Virus record (IMG/VR): IMGVR_UViG_3300023174_000007 | Coordinates: 1-53,344 of that record | Reading direction: 5' to 3' (one strand) | DNA length: 53,344 bases | Source: a virus | Taxonomy: Duplodnaviria > Caudoviricetes | Shown here: positions 14,985 through 25,094 of the stretch, one piece after another | Layout: every line of letters starts with the position of its first letter | Position numbering within the stretch: the stretch's first letter is position 1 | Translations under genes and position numbers: made by a program | The notes under the pieces: generated by a model | What the model saw: only the letters and a program-made list of their open reading frames with translations | Told to the model about the DNA's origin: nothing | Databases searched by the model: none

Positions 14985-17900
14985 ATGGCAGACGCAAAGA
15001 AACTTGTAGGTGGTCTAGGTAAGGTAAGCCAACAACTGCTTGCCCCTAGTAAGGAACTAACAGCGGCTGAACGTGCTGAAGCTGGTCGTAAGGCGGCGGC
15101 TTTGATTCAATCCCAACCCCAAGTGAAGGCTTCCGAAGCCCTCGGTCAACTTATGGAAAAGGGTTTTAAGAAGACGACCACCACGCAGGCTGACCGCACT
15201 CGTGTAGGTAAAGGCAACATAGGCGGCGCACCCTTCTCGGCTATTAGTGAGGTCGACCCTAATTACGCTGACAAGGTTTGGGGCGTGTTCGATGAGGGAA
15301 CGGCTAGTCGATTGACTAACCTAACGTCACCTGATACCGCGTGGACAACGATGCTTGGCTCTGCAAACCAACTCAAGACAAACCCTATAGTGTTTGATAA
15401 GTTGAAACGTGGCTTTCTCGACTCCATGAAGCAAGGCAACCTATCTGACGAATTAGCTGGCAAGATTAACCATAACCTAGCGCTTACCTTTGGTGAGGGT
15501 GCTGACATCCGCGACCCTAAGATATGGAAGCAGGCCGATACGTTTGAGAAGCGTGCGGCTTTGGCTGACCTAATGATGGGTCTTGGTATCGCGCCCAGCA
15601 AAGGTGGTGTTGCTTTAGGTGGTGAGAAGAGCGGTAAGGGAGTTATCTTTCGCCCTAGCGACATCCTTAAGCGTGAGACTGAGCCTTACTTGCTTCATAC
15701 CGAACATGGTGGTGATGTGCCTACCTTTGCGGCTGGCCCACGACTGTTTCGCTTGGATAAGGAGACCGAGTTTAGGCCAGACCTACACCCGGGTTTTCCT
15801 ACCCTTATCAAAGGCAAGGACTTAGAGTACAACATGGCTCCAACGCCGACCGAGATATACCTTCCTACTTGGCACGCAGATTTTAAAAAGAACAATCCAG
15901 ATAGAAAAGCGCCGGGTTACTATGACCTTGCACTTGGCGTAAAGGGTGAAGGACTGCCAAGCCAAGAACTGAACGACGAATATATCAAGCATTTATTGCG
16001 CGAGGGATTCAAAGACGGTGGCAGTGTAGACATTGACGCCGCTGATGCACGCCTAGCCGCCGCAATTGAGAAGCGTATGGCTAAGGGTGGCTCAGTAGAC
16101 ATCGAGGCGGCAGACGCTCGATTAGAGGCCGCTATTAATGCTCGCATGGGAATGGCTGAAGGCGGAGCAACTGGCTTCAAGAAGATTGAGTTCATGGCGG
16201 ATGGCGGTAAGTTAGTCAAAGGGCTGGGCAAGATTGGCAAGAAGTTGTTGGCTGATGATGTATTGCCACAAGTAGAGCGTGAGGCTAATCTAAATAAGAT
16301 GTTGTCCGAAAGCAAGGTTAAAGATAAGTTGTTTCACGGCACAACAAAAGACGTTAAGAAGTTTGACCAAAGTCAAGCAGGAAAGAAGACGGGCAATCTG
16401 ACCACTGCGTTAGGTACTTTTTTAAGCGATAACCCCAAAGAGGCAAGTAGATACGCAACAGACTGGGGCGCGGAAGGCGGAAATGTAATGCCTGTCTTTG
16501 CGCAAATTAAAAACCCATATGAAATGCCTTACAGAGAGTTTGATAATTTAGCAATGGGTGCTTGGAATAGAAGAATGAAAGACCCAGACTATGACCCTAA
16601 GTCAGTAGTTAAAGTAGGCGATATGGATGCACAAAGACGTGCCGCTGAAGCCGTAAATAAACATGAGGCTGACGCATTACAAGATGTAATGAATAGGCGT
16701 GAGGAACTCATGTCACAAGGTTACGACTCCGTCATGGTAAAAATTGGCGGCAACAATGAAATAATAGTTTTTGACCCAACCAAGATAAAGTCTGCTACAG
16801 GTAATCGTGGCACTTACGACATGACTGACCCAGACATCAACAAAGCAGAAGGCGGCGGAGCCTTCAAGCGATTAGAGTTCACTGAAGAGGATAGCCCAGT
16901 ACAGGTAGGACTGCACGCCAACAAGCAAGGCGATATGTCTAACTCTGGCGTTATTGCCAATCTTGACATGAAGGGCGCTGGTCGTCTAGGTGTTGGAACT
17001 AACATTAGTTCGCGGGGTAACGAGATGAACCCAGCAACAATGCTGAATTATTCCAACAACGTCGGTGACCTTGGCCTTAATGCTAACGTAATGAAACCGT
17101 CAAATGCTCGTGACGATATGCTGATGACTAACGTCATGGCATCGTATCCCGTTGGTGAAGGGCGCGTGACCGCAGGAATGCACGGCTCTCGTAGGGATGG
17201 AACGCATCAAGTCAACGCTCACTCGTTAGGCTATAACGCCCCTGTTGGTGGCGGTAACCTTAACCTGAACGTAACAAAGCCAAGACAAGGCTCTGCTATG
17301 GTTGGCGCTCAGTACCAAAGACCGTTTGCAGAAGGCGGACAGGCTGAGTTCAAGAAACTAGAGTTCATGGCTGATGGTGGCAAACTAGTTAAGGGTGCAA
17401 CCAACGTAATGAAGAAGCTGTTGGCTCCCCAAGATGACGCGCTCAAGCTGGCTCAAGAACGCGCCGCTCTACCAGTATCTCAGGGCGGCCTAGGATTGCC
17501 TACCAATAACACGCCAGAGCAACGAGCCAAGGCTATGGGCTTTGATAGGGATACTTATCACGGTTCTTTTAAAGACATCAAGAAACTTGACCCAAGCATT
17601 GGTTCAACTGAATCCCATGCAGGTAAAGGTATTTACTCAACCGACTCAGCAGAAGATGCAAGTCGCAACTATGCCAGCATCTATGGTGCAGACCCGCAAG
17701 CCAGAATCGAGCGTGGCTTTGATGCGGCAAATAAATCTATGCGCAAGACGCATAGTCGAATGAGGGACGAAGTGTTAAGCCCATTGCAACAAGAAGTTAT
17801 TTTAAGAAATACTATCGACGCAGACAATCTTGGCGTTGTATACCCGTTAAAAGTTCGTTCGGACAAGTCAATTCATTTGGATAAGCCAGAAGCCGATGAA

Positions 17901-19670
17901 CTTATGGTTGGCCCATTTCAGCGTTATGACGAAGCGTCTGATTACTTTGAAGATACGCCGCATACGCCAAAGTTTAAAGAAGCATTGGAAGAATTCCACC
18001 GCCGAGGTGGAGATGCAAACCCAATCTATGAACTTGTGCAAGATTACGATACGTCATTGCCTGCAAGTGAGTTGTTCAGAGTAATAAAAAAAGTAGGTGA
18101 TGAAGGTGGCTTGTACGATAATTTCCAAGGCGAACCACTTTCTGGAGGTGTAGCGGCTGGTGACTTTATGAAACACTTTGGCGTTGATGAAATTAGGCAT
18201 ACGCCTCAGTTTATGAATCAAGAGTTAAATATTGGAAACGAACATACCATAAGCCTTGACCCAGACAATGTGCGTTCACGCTTTGCGGCATTTGACCCAT
18301 TTCGTAAGTCAGCGGCAATTGCGGCATCTATGGGTGTTGCGGCTCCTGACTTGTTAGCAAAAGAAAAAGAAAAAAAGAAGTCTGACGGCGGTAAGATTGT
18401 TGGTGGCCTTGGCAAGATAGCTAAGAAGTTATTGGAAGAGCCAAGAATCCAAACAATTGAAGCGCCTTCTATCATTATTCCTAGCAAACTCAGCAATGTA
18501 AAAGAGATGGCTCGAAAACGTGAAGGTGAGTATGGCGCAAGGCGAGTAGAACGCGCGTCTGACGAGATACCTAATTTAGAAAAGATGTATCAAGAGGATG
18601 CGCTTAGGCGTGCCTTTATTGGTGGTGACAATGCTAGAGCGTTAATGACTATGAATCCTGCGGACTTTGAAAATTATGCCGCACCTCTAGATTTAAAAAC
18701 AAGTATTGGCCCTAAGATGGCAGAGTATGCCAAGCAAGGTGACATTACAAAAGATACTGTACCAACTGATGAGTTTATAAAATATCTTCGTAGCTTGCAA
18801 GATGGGTTTGAAGATATACCAATGCTTACAATAAACAAAGAAGAGTCTGGCTTGCCATTAGTACCTTTTATTACTGGACACGAAGGGCGTCATCGTAGTC
18901 GAGCCTTGGCCGAGTCAGGTCAACCTACAAGTTTAATTCAATTATATCCACGCGCTGAGTTAAGAGAGCCTTTCCCACGTCGTTCTCAAGAAGAGTATAT
19001 TGACGCAATTAGAAAAGAGATGGAAATGACAGGCAATATGGTGCGACCAGAAGTATATTTGCACAATATATTGGAAAAAAATGTAAAACGCGACCCAATT
19101 AAATTGCCAGACCTATACGCAGATGGTGGCGCGGCATTTAAGACGCTCCAATTTAAAGATGCCCAACACTTTGACGGTGGCGGTATTGCCTTCCCTGAGA
19201 TGACTCCTATGACGGAAGGCTCACGTCGTGAGCCACTGCTGACAGAAAAAGATTGGGAGAACATCAAGCGCAACGCTCCAGAGGTCTATGAGTGGGCAAA
19301 GCAAAACGTCAAGGACGAAGCCAGTCAACTTAAATCTGCACGAGGGGTAAAAGACTTTGCTCTTCGCACTGGCGCTCAATACCTTGGTGGTATTCCTGAC
19401 TTATTGAACTTAGGATTGATGGGGGTTGACGCCCTTGCTGATACCAATCTGTCGTCCGAAAAGCCTTGGTTTGGTAGTGAGCAATACATTGATGCCATGC
19501 GTAAGGTAGGTATGGTTGGGGAGAATGAGTTCCCTATAGCCGAGACTGTTGCTGGAGTTCTTATGCCAGCAGGATTAATTAAGAAGGGTATCAAGAAGAT
19601 TAGTGGAGCAAAGCCTGCTAAACAAGAACCCAAAAAACGACAAGGCGGATTGTCCGCAATGGCAAGATAA
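14985..19670 (+). CDS. Large polyvalent multidomain protein (two ART-like, one beta-barrel-like, one ParB-like domain) separated by repeated xxxGG linkers
   Basis: LFHGT/YHGS..G(T/I)(F/Y)..D...AS.YA ART-like cores; GHEGRHR ParB-like motif; about 11 (M/F/Y/K)xxGG motifs. Confidence 0.7.
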   Translation: MADAKKLVGGLGKVSQQLLAPSKELTAAERAEAGRKAAALIQSQPQVKASEALGQLMEKGFKKTTTTQADRTRVGKGNIGGAPFSAISEVDPNYADKVWGVFDEGTASRLTNLTSPDTAWTTMLGSANQLKTNPIVFDKLKRGFLDSMKQGNLSDELAGKINHNLALTFGEGADIRDPKIWKQADTFEKRAALADLMMGLGIAPSKGGVALGGEKSGKGVIFRPSDILKRETEPYLLHTEHGGDVPTFAAGPRLFRLDKETEFRPDLHPGFPTLIKGKDLEYNMAPTPTEIYLPTWHADFKKNNPDRKAPGYYDLALGVKGEGLPSQELNDEYIKHLLREGFKDGGSVDIDAADARLAAAIEKRMAKGGSVDIEAADARLEAAINARMGMAEGGATGFKKIEFMADGGKLVKGLGKIGKKLLADDVLPQVEREANLNKMLSESKVKDKLFHGTTKDVKKFDQSQAGKKTGNLTTALGTFLSDNPKEASRYATDWGAEGGNVMPVFAQIKNPYEMPYREFDNLAMGAWNRRMKDPDYDPKSVVKVGDMDAQRRAAEAVNKHEADALQDVMNRREELMSQGYDSVMVKIGGNNEIIVFDPTKIKSATGNRGTYDMTDPDINKAEGGGAFKRLEFTEEDSPVQVGLHANKQGDMSNSGVIANLDMKGAGRLGVGTNISSRGNEMNPATMLNYSNNVGDLGLNANVMKPSNARDDMLMTNVMASYPVGEGRVTAGMHGSRRDGTHQVNAHSLGYNAPVGGGNLNLNVTKPRQGSAMVGAQYQRPFAEGGQAEFKKLEFMADGGKLVKGATNVMKKLLAPQDDALKLAQERAALPVSQGGLGLPTNNTPEQRAKAMGFDRDTYHGSFKDIKKLDPSIGSTESHAGKGIYSTDSAEDASRNYASIYGADPQARIERGFDAANKSMRKTHSRMRDEVLSPLQQEVILRNTIDADNLGVVYPLKVRSDKSIHLDKPEADELMVGPFQRYDEASDYFEDTPHTPKFKEALEEFHRRGGDANPIYELVQDYDTSLPASELFRVIKKVGDEGGLYDNFQGEPLSGGVAAGDFMKHFGVDEIRHTPQFMNQELNIGNEHTISLDPDNVRSRFAAFDPFRKSAAIAASMGVAAPDLLAKEKEKKKSDGGKIVGGLGKIAKKLLEEPRIQTIEAPSIIIPSKLSNVKEMARKREGEYGARRVERASDEIPNLEKMYQEDALRRAFIGGDNARALMTMNPADFENYAAPLDLKTSIGPKMAEYAKQGDITKDTVPTDEFIKYLRSLQDGFEDIPMLTINKEESGLPLVPFITGHEGRHRSRALAESGQPTSLIQLYPRAELREPFPRRSQEEYIDAIRKEMEMTGNMVRPEVYLHNILEKNVKRDPIKLPDLYADGGAAFKTLQFKDAQHFDGGGIAFPEMTPMTEGSRREPLLTEKDWENIKRNAPEVYEWAKQNVKDEASQLKSARGVKDFALRTGAQYLGGIPDLLNLGLMGVDALADTNLSSEKPWFGSEQYIDAMRKVGMVGENEFPIAETVAGVLMPAGLIKKGIKKISGAKPAKQEPKKRQGGLSAMAR

Positions 19671-19680
19671 GGATTAACAC

Positions 19681-22194
19681 ATGGCAACAGATTACCCGAT
19701 TAGCCCTGACGAAGACCGCTTCATTGAGGGTATACGCATGACTGACGAGGGGGGTGCAGAGGTGGATATGCTCCCCGGCGAAGAACCTGAAGTTGAAGAG
19801 TTGCCTGACGGTTCCGCAGTAGTCAAGTTACAAGACTTCAAAGGCCCAACCGAAGACGAAGATTTCTACGTTAATTTAGCTGAAGAAGTTGTCAGCATTA
19901 ATGACTTAGAAAACTTAGCTACGCGTTATATTGACCTTATTGACAACGACCGCCAAGCACGCAAGAAGCGTGATAAGCAATATGAAGAGGGTTTGCGTAG
20001 GACAGGTATGGGCGATGATGCGCCGGGCGGCGCTCAGTTCCTCGGAGCCTCCAAAGTAGTACACCCAATGATGGCAGAGGCTTGTGTAGACTTTGCTTCG
20101 CGTGCTATTAAGGAGATGTTTCCACCAGATGGCCCAGCCAAGACCAAAATTCTAGGCGATGTAACGGATGAAAAGACAGAGGTTGCCGAGCGTAAGCGTG
20201 ATTACATGAATTGGCAGTTGACCGAACAGATTGAAGAGTTTAGGGACGAGCAGGAGCAAATGCTGACCCAATTGCCCTTGGGTGGTTCACAGTTTATGAA
20301 GCTGTGGTACGACGATAAGAAGCGTAGACCTTGCGCCGAATTCGTTGCCATTGACAACATCCTGCTCCCCTTTGCATCTGCTAATTTTTACACCTCACAG
20401 CGTGTAACAGAACAACAGGACATCAGCGAGTGGGAATTTAAACAACGTATTGACCGTGGTCTATACCGCGACATCAACTTTATTCGCACTACGTCCGAAC
20501 CAGAGCAGACTGCGTCTGAGAAAGCCAACGCCAAGATTGAGGGCAAGCAGTTTGAGGATGGCGAAGACGGCTTGCGTCGCGTGTATCACATATACACATG
20601 GCTTGACTTAGAAGACGACGAGCGTACTAACGGTGATAACGCACCTTATATCCTAATGATTGACGACCTAGACCGTAAAGTCTTAGGTTTGTATCGTAAT
20701 TGGGAAGAAGGCGACGACACCCTAACCAAGTTGGATTGGATGGTTGAGTTTAAATTCATCCCTTGGCGAGGCGCATATGCTATTGGGCTACCTCATCTCA
20801 TCGGTGGTCTTTCTGCCGCCGCTACGGGGTCATTAAGAGCCTTGTTGGACACTGCGCACGTCAACAACTCCCTAACCATGTTGAAGTTGAAGGGTGCAAA
20901 GGTCTCAGGACAATCCGACCAAATTGAAATCACGCAGGTAACTGAGATTGAAGGCGGAATAGGCGTAGACGACATCCGCAAGATTGCCATGCCTATGCCA
21001 TTTAACCCACCTTCGCCAGTATTGTTTGACTTACTAGGGTTCCTAACGACTCAAGCCAAGGGCGTAGTAACTACTGCTGAAGAAAAGATTGCTAACGCTA
21101 ACTCCAATATGCCTGTAGGCACGACTCAGGCGTTAATTGAGCAAGGCGCGGTGGTATTTTCTGCTATTCACTCACGTTTGCATGATAGTCAACGTCGTGT
21201 ATTGCATATTCTTGGACGTATTAATCGTTGGCACTTAGATGAGCAACGTAAAGGCGATATTGTTGCCGAGTTGCCTATTAAGCGTGAAGATTTTCGTCGT
21301 AACAGCGACGTGGTTCCAGTCTCTGACCCACATATCTTCTCTGAGACACAGCGTGTTGCCCAAATGCAATCTGTCATGCAACTTTCTGCACAGTTTCCTG
21401 CCATCTTTGACCAACGTGCGGTTGTGAGTCGAATGCTCAAACAACTTAAAATACCAAACGTCAACGAGTTAATGCCTAATACGGGTAAACCCGCAGAGTT
21501 AAATGCGGCAGATGAGAATAGCGCAATGGCGTTAGGCAAGCCAGCATTTGCTTACCCACGTCAAGACCATTTGGCACATATCCAAACCCATTTGACGTTT
21601 GCTCTTGACCCTACACTAGGCTCAAACAGACTTATTGCGCCGAAGTTCATCCCGCAGGTTATGGAACATATCAAGCAACACATGATGCTTTGGTATACCC
21701 AACAGGTACAGGGCTACGTCTTGGCGGCTGGTGATGTCAAACTAGGCAAGTACGAGGACAGCAAGATTGCTAAAGAAATTGACCGCGCTATTGCGGTAGC
21801 GTCTGACCACGTTAGTTTGGACTCTGCGCAAGTATTCCAAGGCGTGTTGCCTGCGTTAGAGCAATTGGGTCAACTCATGCAACAGTTCAAACCACCACCA
21901 CCGCCATTGGAAGGCGAGGCTCAGGCGGTATTGCAAGCGTCTATGGCAGAGACACAACGTCGTACCGCCGCAGACCAAGCTAAGTTGGCGCTCGATACGC
22001 AGAAGTTCCAAGCCGAAATGGCAAAAGACCAATCAGAGCAAGAGTCCAAGATTGCTATGAATGCCGAAAACAATTTAACCACTGAACGTATTAAGACCGC
22101 AGAATTGACCGTAGATGAGGTCAAGCTACGGCAGGAGCAGGAGAAAACTGCAATTGCTTTAAATAGACAAACCCAACGTAACTTAGGAGAATGA
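19681..22194 (+). CDS. Portal protein (P22-like, long C-terminal coiled coil)
   Basis: 837 aa near terL; HPMMAEACVDF..RA..E.FP..GP motif; Q/A-rich helical tail. Confidence 0.88.
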   Translation: MATDYPISPDEDRFIEGIRMTDEGGAEVDMLPGEEPEVEELPDGSAVVKLQDFKGPTEDEDFYVNLAEEVVSINDLENLATRYIDLIDNDRQARKKRDKQYEEGLRRTGMGDDAPGGAQFLGASKVVHPMMAEACVDFASRAIKEMFPPDGPAKTKILGDVTDEKTEVAERKRDYMNWQLTEQIEEFRDEQEQMLTQLPLGGSQFMKLWYDDKKRRPCAEFVAIDNILLPFASANFYTSQRVTEQQDISEWEFKQRIDRGLYRDINFIRTTSEPEQTASEKANAKIEGKQFEDGEDGLRRVYHIYTWLDLEDDERTNGDNAPYILMIDDLDRKVLGLYRNWEEGDDTLTKLDWMVEFKFIPWRGAYAIGLPHLIGGLSAAATGSLRALLDTAHVNNSLTMLKLKGAKVSGQSDQIEITQVTEIEGGIGVDDIRKIAMPMPFNPPSPVLFDLLGFLTTQAKGVVTTAEEKIANANSNMPVGTTQALIEQGAVVFSAIHSRLHDSQRRVLHILGRINRWHLDEQRKGDIVAELPIKREDFRRNSDVVPVSDPHIFSETQRVAQMQSVMQLSAQFPAIFDQRAVVSRMLKQLKIPNVNELMPNTGKPAELNAADENSAMALGKPAFAYPRQDHLAHIQTHLTFALDPTLGSNRLIAPKFIPQVMEHIKQHMMLWYTQQVQGYVLAAGDVKLGKYEDSKIAKEIDRAIAVASDHVSLDSAQVFQGVLPALEQLGQLMQQFKPPPPPLEGEAQAVLQASMAETQRRTAADQAKLALDTQKFQAEMAKDQSEQESKIAMNAENNLTTERIKTAELTVDEVKLRQEQEKTAIALNRQTQRNLGE

Positions 22195-22195
22195 A

Positions 22196-22375
22196 ATGGC
22201 TACAACTGATAAAGAGCAAATGTCTGAAGAGACAAACCAACACCATCGCATGGCCTCTGGCGCATGGATTACGGGATGCGAATTAAAAGAGACTTCAAAA
22301 GCGACTATGCCAGAAGCTAACAGCGACCACGGGAATTTCTCCCAACCCAAGGGTGTTGATAAGTCCAACGCATGA
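22196..22375 (+). CDS. 59-aa hypothetical protein (not in ORF track)
   Basis: AGGAG RBS; MATTDKEQ...DKSNA; ATGA overlap with the next gene. Confidence 0.6.
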   Translation: MATTDKEQMSEETNQHHRMASGAWITGCELKETSKATMPEANSDHGNFSQPKGVDKSNA

Positions 22376-22557
22376 AGTTACTTTCCGACTTTATTAGCGC
22401 TGTAGAAGCGCGTCAGGCTGAGATTGCAAAAGGGTTAGCGCATGGAAATGCGTCTGACTACTATGCATACCAACGTCTAGTCGGAGAAAACTTAGGACTT
22501 GAGGCATCCCTTGAGATTCTTAACCACCTTTTGAAAGAAGATGAAGATGACAGATAG
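22372..22557 (+). CDS. Small head-module protein
   Basis: LAHG.A.DY..YQRLVG...GL motif, typical between portal and GroES genes. Confidence 0.7.
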   Translation: MKLLSDFISAVEARQAEIAKGLAHGNASDYYAYQRLVGENLGLEASLEILNHLLKEDEDDR

Positions 22558-22969
22558 CACGGTAGCGGGTAATGCCGCTGATTTAGAGGAAGCCTTTCCT
22601 CTTGTAGACCCCGGTGCGATTCCCCTTGGTGCAAGAGTATTAGTACAGTTGCGCAAAGCCAAGAAACGAATGACCGAATCGGGGATTATCCTGCCTGAAG
22701 AGACTCGCGACACTGAACGGGCGCAAAATCCCGTTGCCAAAGTGGTAGCGATGGGGCCATTAGCGTTTAAAAAACGCGACACAATGGAACCTTGGGTTGA
22801 GGGCATATGGTGCAAAGAAGGTGACTACCTTCGCGTACCTAAATGGACTGGCGACCGATGGGTAGTAGCGCATGGAGACGACGAAAACGTCGAATTTATG
22901 GTGCTAAATGACCACGAAGTGATTGCCAGAATTACTGGAAATCCACTTGAAGTGAGGGCATTCGTATGA
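22541..22969 (+). CDS. groES: GroES/Cpn10-like co-chaperonin
   Basis: PLGARVLV, TESGIILP mobile loop, VVAMGP, GD.L, LNDHEVIA. Confidence 0.85.
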   Translation: MKMTDSTVAGNAADLEEAFPLVDPGAIPLGARVLVQLRKAKKRMTESGIILPEETRDTERAQNPVAKVVAMGPLAFKKRDTMEPWVEGIWCKEGDYLRVPKWTGDRWVVAHGDDENVEFMVLNDHEVIARITGNPLEVRAFV

Positions 22970-23931
22970 GTACCGAACAAGAACAAGAAGTAATCGTTAT
23001 TCAGGAAGAAAAAGACGGTTCAGCAACCATTGAATTGCCTGCAAGCATCCCTTCCCCTGAAGGAAATGATGAACAAGGCTCTGATGAGGCAGATGAACGC
23101 GCTCGTGAGAAAGAAATGGTCGTTGGTGGTGTTGTAGATGAGGCCGCAGAGGCTCTTCGTGAGCAAAAGCGCCTTAAACGCACGCGTCGCAAGGAGTACC
23201 ACAAGCAAGTTTCGACTGAAAAAGACGTTAAGTTAACCCTTCTAGAGCGTCAGAACCAACAATTGCTTGAAAGATTGTCTGTTTTAGAGCGTAAGTCCCA
23301 CGGTAGTGACCTTGCACGCTTAGATAAGGCAATTGAAGACCAAGATAATCGCATTTTGTTTGCAAAACAGAAGATTTCTGAGGCAACACGCACTGGCAAC
23401 GGTGAATTGCTGACTTCTGCGCAAGAAATGTGGTTTGAAGCACGTCGTCAGTCTGAGGCTTTGGCAAACTTGAAGAAACGCGCTGTTGCCCCACAGGCAC
23501 AACGTACTATTCAGGCTCCAGACCCACAGTTGCAACGTCATGCTAATAATTGGATGGCAAACAACCCGTGGTATGACCCAAATGGGAAAGACCCCGACTC
23601 TAGACGCGCTCTTAATGAAGATTCAATACTTGCAGAAGAGGGTTATGACCCCAAAACTGCTGAATATTGGGAAGAACTTGACAAGCGCTTGCAAAGAGTA
23701 GTACCTCATAGGTATAATGAAGATGCAGACGAGAGACCTCGCTCAAGACCGCGAAATGCAGTGACGAGTTCAGGCCGCGAATTTGCATCGAATAATGGCA
23801 GAGGTAATTCATTTACCTTGTCACCTGACCAAGTCAGGGCTATGAAAGATGCAGGTATGTGGGATGACGCTGAGAAACGAGCGAAGATGATTCGACGCTA
23901 CGCCTTAGAAGCACGCAACAATAACGGTTAA
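22966..23931 (+). CDS. Putative capsid scaffolding protein
   Basis: Acidic N-terminus, long coiled coil, W...NPWY motif, upstream of the capsid genes. Confidence 0.65.
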   Translation: MSTEQEQEVIVIQEEKDGSATIELPASIPSPEGNDEQGSDEADERAREKEMVVGGVVDEAAEALREQKRLKRTRRKEYHKQVSTEKDVKLTLLERQNQQLLERLSVLERKSHGSDLARLDKAIEDQDNRILFAKQKISEATRTGNGELLTSAQEMWFEARRQSEALANLKKRAVAPQAQRTIQAPDPQLQRHANNWMANNPWYDPNGKDPDSRRALNEDSILAEEGYDPKTAEYWEELDKRLQRVVPHRYNEDADERPRSRPRNAVTSSGREFASNNGRGNSFTLSPDQVRAMKDAGMWDDAEKRAKMIRRYALEARNNNG

Positions 23932-23942
23932 GGAGTAATAAA

Positions 23943-24482
23943 ATGGATTCTCGTTTAAAGAAAAATTTGAATGCTGGAGACCGCGATAATCGCGGAAGTC
24001 GCGACACGATTCGCGAGGCTCCAGAGGACAAAATGGTGTCGTCTGATGAGCGTACTCAAATGTGGAAAGACGAATGGACACAAAGCGCATTACCCGCTGT
24101 TCCTGATATGACGGGATGGCACGTTTGCTGGTTGTCGACAACTAACAGTTATGACAGCATTGATAAACGGATTCGATTGGGGTACGTTCCCGTGAAAGCG
24201 GATGAGTTACCTGCCATGAGAAATAACCGTGTAAAGGCTGGAGAACATGAAGGTTATATCTCGTGCAATGAAATGTTACTTTACAAAATTCCTATGGAAT
24301 TGTATCAAAAAGTAATGGCTCATTTTCACCACGAAGCACCGCAGGAAGAAGCGAACAAAATTCGCCTTCAAGCAGAGCAAAACGTGGGACGTGATAGTCG
24401 AGGCAGAAGTCTCGGTCAGATAGAAGGCGAAGGGCTTATTGATATGGATAAACCACTTCCTGCGCCGCATTTTGCGGGGTAG
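23943..24482 (+). CDS. Head-module hypothetical protein
   Basis: AAGGAG RBS; LP..P...GWH.CW...GY.PV...LLYKIP. Confidence 0.7.
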   Translation: MDSRLKKNLNAGDRDNRGSRDTIREAPEDKMVSSDERTQMWKDEWTQSALPAVPDMTGWHVCWLSTTNSYDSIDKRIRLGYVPVKADELPAMRNNRVKAGEHEGYISCNEMLLYKIPMELYQKVMAHFHHEAPQEEANKIRLQAEQNVGRDSRGRSLGQIEGEGLIDMDKPLPAPHFAG

Positions 24483-24510
24483 GGTTCTTAACGAAACAAA
24501 GGAGTAGACT

Positions 24511-25083
24511 ATGTCTTCAACTAATGCTCCGTTCGGTATGCGTCCATCTTTCCATCCTTCTGGATTGGATAGAGCGGTTGCTTTGCCCAACGGTATTGCC
24601 TCTGGTTACAGCACTGGCATTTTAAAAGGCCAGCCTGTAGCCCTTAACACAAGCGGTAACATCATCGCGGCTACGGCAGGTAGTGCCTACCAAGGTGCTT
24701 TTGCTGGTCACGAGTTCACCGACACTACTGGTCGTCGTCTTGTATCAAACCAATGGGTTGCAAGTACTGCATACCAAACTGGTTCTGAAGTGACTTACTA
24801 CTATTCTGACCCTAATATTGTTTACGATATTCAGGCAGATGGCAGTTTGGCACAAACCTCTATTGGAGACCAAGCAAACTTTACGAACATTACTGCTGGT
24901 TCAACAACCACTGGTTTGTCGCAATGCACAATCTCTACCTCGTTGGCAGGTTCTAGTGCTGTTGGTGATATGCGTATCATCGGCCTCACACCTGCTGTTG
25001 ACAACGCTTGGGGCGATGCTTACACGGTAGTGCAAGTACAAGTCTCGCGTAGTCAATTCGTCGCAACTATTAACGCCATTTAA
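24511..25083 (+). CDS. Putative capsid decoration/minor capsid protein
   Basis: PFGMRP start, beta-rich, DPNIVYDIQAD; immediately before the major capsid gene. Confidence 0.6.
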   Translation: MSSTNAPFGMRPSFHPSGLDRAVALPNGIASGYSTGILKGQPVALNTSGNIIAATAGSAYQGAFAGHEFTDTTGRRLVSNQWVASTAYQTGSEVTYYYSDPNIVYDIQADGSLAQTSIGDQANFTNITAGSTTTGLSQCTISTSLAGSSAVGDMRIIGLTPAVDNAWGDAYTVVQVQVSRSQFVATINAI

Positions 25084-25094
25084 GGAGTCCAATC

